NCBI GenBank assembly: GCA_003559765.1 | Contig: PWKH01000184.1 | Span: forward strand, 12,857-76,856 | From: Spirochaetaceae bacterium | Lineage (GTDB): Bacteria; Spirochaetota; Spirochaetia; PWKH01 | Length of the DNA stretch: 64,000 nt | Reading direction: 5' to 3' | Shown: positions 58,192 through 64,000 of the stretch, piece after piece | How positions within the stretch are numbered: position 1 is the stretch's first letter | Layout of the letters: each line of letters opens with the position of its first letter | The notes under the pieces: generated by a model | The model's input: only the letters and a program-made list of their open reading frames with translations | Database searches by the model: none | What the model was told of the DNA's origin: nothing | Program-made: the position numbers and the translations under genes

Positions 58192-59025
58192 CTAGTGTTT
58201 CCGATGGTAGAGAAACATGGTGACAGGGGCGAATACGGCAACCAGCAGGGCTGAAAAGATCATCGACGGAATCAGCACCGAAAGCTGATACATCCCATGC
58301 ATTGACTCCCTGACCGCTGTCACCACAATGGACACCGGATTCACCGCCACAAAGGCCTGCAGCCACGGCGGCATGGTTGCAGGATCGACGAAAATATTAC
58401 TTGCAAAGGTCAGAGGAAACAGGATCATCATGCTTACCCCCATGACTGAATTGGGAGATCTCAGGATCAATCCCAGCATGGTCCATATCCAGGAGAGGCT
58501 GAAGGAGAATATCAGAAGAACCGCAACTCCGACAAGCACTCCCAGCAGTCCTCCACCGGGGCGGAACCCGAGGAGCAGTCCCACCCCGATGGTCAGCACC
58601 GATGCGGCGGCATAACGGAGGCTGTCACCGAGCAGCGCGCCGACAACAGCCGAAGGCTGCCACACCGGCAGACTCCGGAGCCGGTCGAAGAAACCCTTGG
58701 AGATGTCGGTGTTCAGACCGAATCCGGTATACACGGTAACAAACACTACGCTCTGCACCAGTATCCCGGGAAGGAGAAACTGAATGTACTGATCAGTTGA
58801 CCCGGCAAGAGCTCCTCCGAAGAGGTAGGTGAACAGCAGGATAAACATCACGGGAAATACCGTTACGTCCAGAAGCTGCTCAGGAACATGCTTCATCTTC
58901 AGCAGCGCCCGCCATCCGAAAACGAGGGATGCCTTAAGCGGGCTCGGCCTTCGGGGGGTCTCATCGAAGGAGACTGCGGCAAAAAGAGCTTCATGCTCCC
59001 TGCCGGGGGATGTTTTTCTGTTCAT
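58192..59025 (-). CDS. ABC-2 type transporter permease
   Basis: Six TM helices, ABC-2 family pattern; start at internal ATG; overlaps ATPase gene by about 35 nt. Confidence 0.7.
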   Translation of the reverse strand: MNRKTSPGREHEALFAAVSFDETPRRPSPLKASLVFGWRALLKMKHVPEQLLDVTVFPVMFILLFTYLFGGALAGSTDQYIQFLLPGILVQSVVFVTVYTGFGLNTDISKGFFDRLRSLPVWQPSAVVGALLGDSLRYAAASVLTIGVGLLLGFRPGGGLLGVLVGVAVLLIFSFSLSWIWTMLGLILRSPNSVMGVSMMILFPLTFASNIFVDPATMPPWLQAFVAVNPVSIVVTAVRESMHGMYQLSVLIPSMIFSALLVAVFAPVTMFLYHRKH

Positions 59026-60013
59026 GTTCAATATCCTTTGGCGCTCCTGTGAGAGAAAGGAACACCTCGTCAAGGCTGGGTCGGCCGAAGGAGAAACTTG
59101 CAATATGCCATCTGCTTTGAGCCAGAGACCGAAGCGCTTCAGCCGCCGCTTCCGGATCGCTCACCTCAGCGCTGATGCTCAGCGGATCCTCATCCGGGGA
59201 GACTTCAGCTCCAAGGAGCCTGCTGAAGTCCTTCATGGCAGACGCCCTGTCGGAACCGGAAGCAAGCCGTATGTGGATACGGCCTGCCCCGACCCGTTCC
59301 TTAAGCTCTTCGCTGGTTCCTTCTGCAATGATCCGTCCCTGGTCAATGACGGCAATCCGGTCTGCCAGCTGATCAGCCTCATCCAGGTACTGAGTAGTCA
59401 GCACCACTGTAGTTCCGGCAGCCGTCAGGGACCTGATGATCCCCCAGACCTGAGACCTGCTCCGGGGATCAAGGCCGGTGGTCGGCTCATCCAGGAATAT
59501 CAGTTCAGGCCGCACCACCAGACTTGCGGCGATATCGATTTTTCTGCGCATGCCCCCTGAATAGGCTTTCACCTGTTTCCCCGAGGCATCCTGCAGTCCG
59601 AAGGCCTCCAGCAGCTCAGTACTCCGCTGTTTCGCTCTCCTGCGGGTGAATCCCCGCAGCAGCGAAAGCATCACCATATTTTCTGTTCCGGTAAGGTCCT
59701 CATCAACTGAGGCAAACTGTCCGGTGAGGCTGATGAGATTCCGAACCGCATCACCCTGCCGGACCACGTCATACCCGAAGACTCTGGCCTCGCCGCAGGT
59801 GGGACGCAGCAGGGTTGCCAGTATGCGCACCACGGTGGTCTTGCCGGCTCCGTTGGGTCCGAGCAGCCCGTAGACACAGCCGCGGCTGATGCGCAGATCA
59901 ACCCCGTCCACAGCCCTGGTACGCCCGAAGGTACGGACCAGGGAGACGGTTTCCACCGCAGGAGGCTCACCGGCCTGCTTAGAATTTTCCCATGCCCCCC
60001 TCTGATATTCCAT
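58991..60013 (-). CDS. ABC transporter ATP-binding protein (DrrA-like)
   Basis: Walker [10 protein letters not shown], signature YSGGMRRK, Walker [11 protein letters not shown]. Confidence 0.85.
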   Translation of the reverse strand: MEYQRGAWENSKQAGEPPAVETVSLVRTFGRTRAVDGVDLRISRGCVYGLLGPNGAGKTTVVRILATLLRPTCGEARVFGYDVVRQGDAVRNLISLTGQFASVDEDLTGTENMVMLSLLRGFTRRRAKQRSTELLEAFGLQDASGKQVKAYSGGMRRKIDIAASLVVRPELIFLDEPTTGLDPRSRSQVWGIIRSLTAAGTTVVLTTQYLDEADQLADRIAVIDQGRIIAEGTSEELKERVGAGRIHIRLASGSDRASAMKDFSRLLGAEVSPDEDPLSISAEVSDPEAAAEALRSLAQSRWHIASFSFGRPSLDEVFLSLTGAPKDIEHEQKNIPRQGA

Positions 60014-60044
60014 TGGAGCATTGTAGAAAAACTCTCTGCATCTT

Positions 60045-60523
60045 TCAATACTGCTGCCAGCCAGCTAATGTATAGATTCCCGGGTCCCAGGGCCAGTCAT
60101 GTCCCCCCTGGCGGGTCATCACCGAGGTCGATTCCTGCTGACTCACCGTAATGCCGGCATACCTGACAGATCCGGACCACCGAAGAACAGTCAGATCAAG
60201 GTTCCCTTCACCCAACGAGGGAATATCAGTCAGATAGACCCTCGAGGCGTCTTCCTCTACTGCAACCCGGTACTCCACCTCCTGACCCTTTGCAGCCGGC
60301 AGGGGAAATACAAAGTATTCTCCTTTCCCCAGTACTTCCCCCGGAGGTGAAGGGAAACCTCCCAGGTACCGGGACTCTTCTCAAGACTGAATTCTATGAT
60401 CTCACAATCTGACTCCGGTTCATTTGCAAACCATACCTCAAAGTGATCAGATGCCTGTTCACATGAAGCCAGTACTGCAAGCAGCATCAGCACAATTTCG
60501 GCAGTCCCTGCCCGTCGTTTCAT
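60045..60523 (-). pseudogene. Small lipoprotein apparently split by a frameshift into two overlapping ORFs
   Basis: MKRRAGTAEIVLMLLAVLASC lipobox with AAGGGG RBS; the reading frame switches near 60270-60280 into the second ORF ending at 60045; the frameshift site was not resolved. Confidence 0.3.
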
Positions 60524-60951
60524 TTTACGCCCCTTACTGTAAAACTTTACCGCCGACAGCGGCAGATCGCGGTCACAGTCCATCACCATACCCCCGGTGA
60601 TCAGCCGGGGGTATGGAATTACTCAGAAAAATCCGTGTCTTACGGAAGTTTCAGTGCATCACCGACTTTCGTACCGTCAACAAAGTTTTCGTTTACCGAA
60701 GCCGCTGCATCACTAAGCTCACTAGCACTGAAGGAAAAACTTCCGCCTCCAAGCACGAAGTTGGCTTCAGCCAGCACGTCCTCAACGCTCCAGCCTTCAA
60801 AGGTACCGCCGGCAAATACCAGGTCCTTCAGGTTCAGTTCAGATGCGCCGAAGTCCTCATCGTAGAGATCAAATCCCACAGAGAGAGTCAGGGCAAGCAC
60901 CTGTCCTGGAGATTTTCATTTTTTAACATTAATTTGCTGTATAGCGTGAAT

Positions 60952-61896
60952 TTACAATCTGTACCGTCTCAGAGTAAAACCAAAGGAGATGGTGCTGCTT
61001 CCGATGCCGGCTCGTGATCTGAGTACAGCAGGCTCCTGCTGCTTTTTTGTAATCCTGGTATCTCCGCGGCTGACCGGCATGATCTGAGCCCTCATAAACA
61101 GGGCTCCCTCAGTCCTTGCCAACAGCTGAGCCGCCAGTGAAGTCTCCAGGCCGATGAATGTTCCCATCAGGGAAAGGTCCTCATACATCGTTTCCGTCTT
61201 CAGATGGTGGTCCACAGCAAAGGCCCAGACCGCAGGGCTGATAAACACCCCCAACTCCCAGCGCAGGGAGGGGGAACCTGCCGTATAGGAAATCCCCCCG
61301 TAGGGTATCAGCAGGTGCTGCCGGTAGGTGATCATCGGCTCCCCGTCAAAGGAGCCGTACTCATATCCCCCTGTGCCGTCGGAATAGATGTATTCCAGAG
61401 CCCGGTCCTTCCATTCCCAGTAGGCATACCGCACTCCCCCGTGGATCCGGAAGGGTTCTCTCAGCCGGTATGACAGCCGGAGGTCTGCGGCATAGGCTGC
61501 CGGAACCCGCACTTTACTGAGAGACCAGTCGCTCCAGGGATAATCGTATTCACTCAGATCGGTGCCGGGAGGAAAGAAGTCAGTATCGGTCATCTCCCCG
61601 GCGGCTGAGACAAGCGCTGCAGAGAGGCTCAAAGATCCTGTCGTCCGTTCTCCCAGACTTCGGGCTGCCTCGGCATGCAGAAACAGCACAGGAGGGATAT
61701 CCCACAGCAGTTCACTGATCAGCTCCCGGGTATCCTGGCCTGCAAACACCAGTTCAAATCCCCTTCCCTGCACCAGGGAAAAGCCTGCCGCGGTGTAGGC
61801 AGTCAGTTCACCTGCTGATGTGCTCTGCGCCCCTGCTGACAGGAGCAGTAGAAAGAGCACATGCATAGCGCGACGAGTACAGGTAATTCTTTTCAT
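60952..61896 (-). CDS. Putative secreted/outer-membrane protein
   Basis: Signal peptide MKRITCTRRAMHVLFLLLLSAGAQSTSA; Tyr/Gly-rich beta-strand-like pattern; no family confidently recognised. Confidence 0.45.
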   Translation of the reverse strand: MKRITCTRRAMHVLFLLLLSAGAQSTSAGELTAYTAAGFSLVQGRGFELVFAGQDTRELISELLWDIPPVLFLHAEAARSLGERTTGSLSLSAALVSAAGEMTDTDFFPPGTDLSEYDYPWSDWSLSKVRVPAAYAADLRLSYRLREPFRIHGGVRYAYWEWKDRALEYIYSDGTGGYEYGSFDGEPMITYRQHLLIPYGGISYTAGSPSLRWELGVFISPAVWAFAVDHHLKTETMYEDLSLMGTFIGLETSLAAQLLARTEGALFMRAQIMPVSRGDTRITKKQQEPAVLRSRAGIGSSTISFGFTLRRYRL

Positions 61897-62048
61897 CCAA
61901 AAATAACTTACATGCATACCGTCATACAGGCAATAAAAAATCGTATCCGCTGCCCTGTGCTGTTTTATCTGACCAGGCTGTACCGCTTTTCTCCGTACCC
62001 TGCTATAATCACGTGAATACATATCCTTCATCTGCTGTGAGGTGACCC

Positions 62049-63068
62049 ATGGATCCGGTAATCTGGACTGCAATCGGTATCTGTCTTACCCAGTCAGGCA
62101 TGCTCTCAGGTCTGAATCTGGCATATTTCAGCGTCTCCAAGCTCCGGCTGGAGGTGGAGGTGAAAAAAGGCAACCCCCATGCACGGAGAATTCACGCCCT
62201 CAGAGAGGATGCGAATCTGCTGCTGTCTACCATCCTCTGGGGGAATGTGGCGGTGAATGTTCTGCTTTCCCTGCTGTCCAACTCAGTCATGGCCGGCATT
62301 ACCGCATTTTTCTTCTCAACCTTTGTAATCACCTTTGTCGGAGAGATCCTTCCCCAGGCGTATTTTTCAAGAAACGCCATGCGCATGGGAGCTCTCCTGG
62401 CTCCGGTTATCCGCATATACCAGGTCATTCTCTTCCCCCTGGCTAAGCCTTCAGCCCTGCTGCTCGACCGCTGGCTGGGAAAGGAGTCGATCCAGTACTT
62501 CCGCGAGCAGGATGTCAGGGAAATGATCAAACTCCATGCCGACTCCAGTGAAAGCGATATCGATTACGTGGAAGGAAGGGGGGCCGTCAATTTCCTTGCC
62601 TTCGATGATCTGCCGGTCTCTCAGGAGGGTGAGCCGGTGCACCCAGACAGCATCATCAGCATCGAATTCGACAGCGGCAGACCGGTTTTTCCGAAGATCA
62701 CCGAGAATCCTGCCGATGAGTTTCTCATCCAGGTCCAGAAATCAGGACTGAAATGGGTGATTCTGACTGACAGTGAGGAACATCCGAGGCTTGCCCTCAA
62801 TGCCGACAAGCTGCTCCGCAGCGCCCTGTTCGGACCTGATCCAGTGCGGCCTCTCAGCTGCTGCCACCGGCCGATTGTCATCAGAGACAGCCGATCACTC
62901 CTGGGACCGGCGATCAGCAGGCTGAAGGTCAGGCCGGAGCACCCTGAGGACGACGTGATAGACGAAGACATCATCATCGTCTGGGGGGAGGAGCGGCGGA
63001 TTATCACGGGGTCGGATGTCCTCGGCCGACTGCTTCGCGGCATCACACAGCGGATTGCCCTTCCTTAG
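62049..63068 (+). CDS. CNNM/DUF21 transmembrane domain protein (HlyC/CorC-like, CBS region)
   Basis: N-terminal DUF21 helices (LSGLNLAYFSVSKLRLE), then a CBS-like region; the CorC_HlyC C-terminal domain is not evident. Confidence 0.7.
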   Translation: MDPVIWTAIGICLTQSGMLSGLNLAYFSVSKLRLEVEVKKGNPHARRIHALREDANLLLSTILWGNVAVNVLLSLLSNSVMAGITAFFFSTFVITFVGEILPQAYFSRNAMRMGALLAPVIRIYQVILFPLAKPSALLLDRWLGKESIQYFREQDVREMIKLHADSSESDIDYVEGRGAVNFLAFDDLPVSQEGEPVHPDSIISIEFDSGRPVFPKITENPADEFLIQVQKSGLKWVILTDSEEHPRLALNADKLLRSALFGPDPVRPLSCCHRPIVIRDSRSLLGPAISRLKVRPEHPEDDVIDEDIIIVWGEERRIITGSDVLGRLLRGITQRIALP

Positions 63069-63769
63069 TTCTCTGCAGCCTGCTGCTCATCGGGTGTTTC
63101 GCTGATCAGCCGGGTGTGGGTAAAAACCAGGTCCCGGTCACGATAATATCCCCAGTATTCCCGGGGAATCAGCTGGGCCAGCCGGAGCATGATTTCGTCA
63201 GTCAGCTCCTGCCGCAGTTTCGGCGTCAGTCGGCGATCCTTTATCGTGATCACGAAGGGTTCTCCGACGGTTACGTTCACCGGAGTGCGGCGCAGCCGTT
63301 TCAAGTTATGCTTGAATTCATGAAACCCCACGGTGGTGACCGGAAGGATGGGCACCTGCTTTTTAAATGCCAGATATGCCACCCCGGTCTTTCCCGGATG
63401 CAGACATGGATCATCCGTTCTCGTTCCTTCAGGGGCAATGCAGAGGAAATGTCCCGCGTCGAGGGTATCGAAACATCGCTTCATGGAGACCCGATCCAGC
63501 CCCTGCGGCCCCACCGGGACAGCCTGCCACAGCCGCATAATTCGACCTGAAAAAATTCCATTCCATAATCTGCTTTTTGCAAGGGCGATCAGGATTCGCG
63601 GCCGTGCGTACACATAGATCATCGGGCCTTCAAACATTGACGGATGGTTCAGAATGAGGATGTACGGACCTTTTATGGGCAGCTGCTTGAGAGCTTCCCG
63701 GTTGATGCGGAAAAATATTTGAAATAATCTACGAAAAAACGCATTCAGGATGCGCTCTGCAGTCTTCAT
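63065..63769 (-). CDS. plsC: 1-acyl-sn-glycerol-3-phosphate acyltransferase
   Basis: NHPSMFEGP (HxxxxD-like acyltransferase block 1 variant) and APEGTRT block 3. Confidence 0.75.
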   Translation of the reverse strand: MKTAERILNAFFRRLFQIFFRINREALKQLPIKGPYILILNHPSMFEGPMIYVYARPRILIALAKSRLWNGIFSGRIMRLWQAVPVGPQGLDRVSMKRCFDTLDAGHFLCIAPEGTRTDDPCLHPGKTGVAYLAFKKQVPILPVTTVGFHEFKHNLKRLRRTPVNVTVGEPFVITIKDRRLTPKLRQELTDEIMLRLAQLIPREYWGYYRDRDLVFTHTRLISETPDEQQAAEN

Positions 63770-64000
63770 ATAGAGTAATGTACCAGGTGAACGGGAAAAT
63801 GAAAAGCTCTTTTCTCACTGCGTTTCCCCACCATGGAAGCAATTAAAGCGTATTATCACCAGTTTCGGGTTTTGCTTTCACCGCAGATATGCTAAAGTGT
63901 GCATGTATCAGCATGTGCATACCGTGAAAGCGGGAATCTCCTGCCGCTGAAACTTGATGCCGCTGAAAGGAACATTGTATTTATGAGAAAAACCAAACCG

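Noticed and set aside
1-64000. CRISPR arrays, transposases/integrases, prophage or defence islands (looked around tRNA-Asp at 41.5 kb and the patatin-like gene at 18.8 kb)
   Set aside because: No regularly spaced direct repeats, no transposase/integrase-like ORFs, no att-like duplication of the tRNA 3' end. The patatin-like phospholipase has no adjacent nucleotidyltransferase/cyclase, so a CBASS-type assignment is unsupported. The flanks of tRNA-Asp are ordinary housekeeping genes (ugp operon, SdpI-like, topA).

Overview
This is a 64 kb chromosomal segment from a high-GC (about 60%) bacterium. Gene content (NFACT, DUF4954-like, YerC/TrpR-like, many lipoproteins, TldD/PmbA, UgpBAE) suggests a Spirochaetota-like anaerobe, but that is a guess. 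Coding is dense on both strands with mostly housekeeping genes, listed individually in the features (for example miaA, murC, trpB, trpS, topA, feoB, catalase). There is one tRNA-Asp(GTC). I found no CRISPR array, transposase, integrase or obvious prophage. Most of the long antisense ORFs in the track are high-GC artefacts.

The most interesting content, in order:
1. 51.3-54.8 kb: an ATGA-coupled operon of two nicotianamine-synthase-like proteins, an 84-aa Ala/Pro-rich peptide, a NAS-like::FeoA fusion, then FeoB.
2. 11.8-18.8 kb: an extracytosolic flavinylation / flavin-based EET-like module. It comprises a polyprenyl synthase, an NDH-2 fused to a DoxX-like membrane domain, ApbE, a Gx-transporter-like protein, a NusG_II protein, and a lipoprotein with three FMN-binding domains that carries a recent 152-nt intragenic duplication.
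3. 45.9-50.2 kb: an 818-aa tandemly duplicated KamA-family radical SAM protein divergent from a GNAT and M20 deacylase pair.
4. 30.6 kb: a trmJ gene interrupted only by one in-frame TAG.

Coordinates of starts are inferred by hand and may be off by a few nucleotides.
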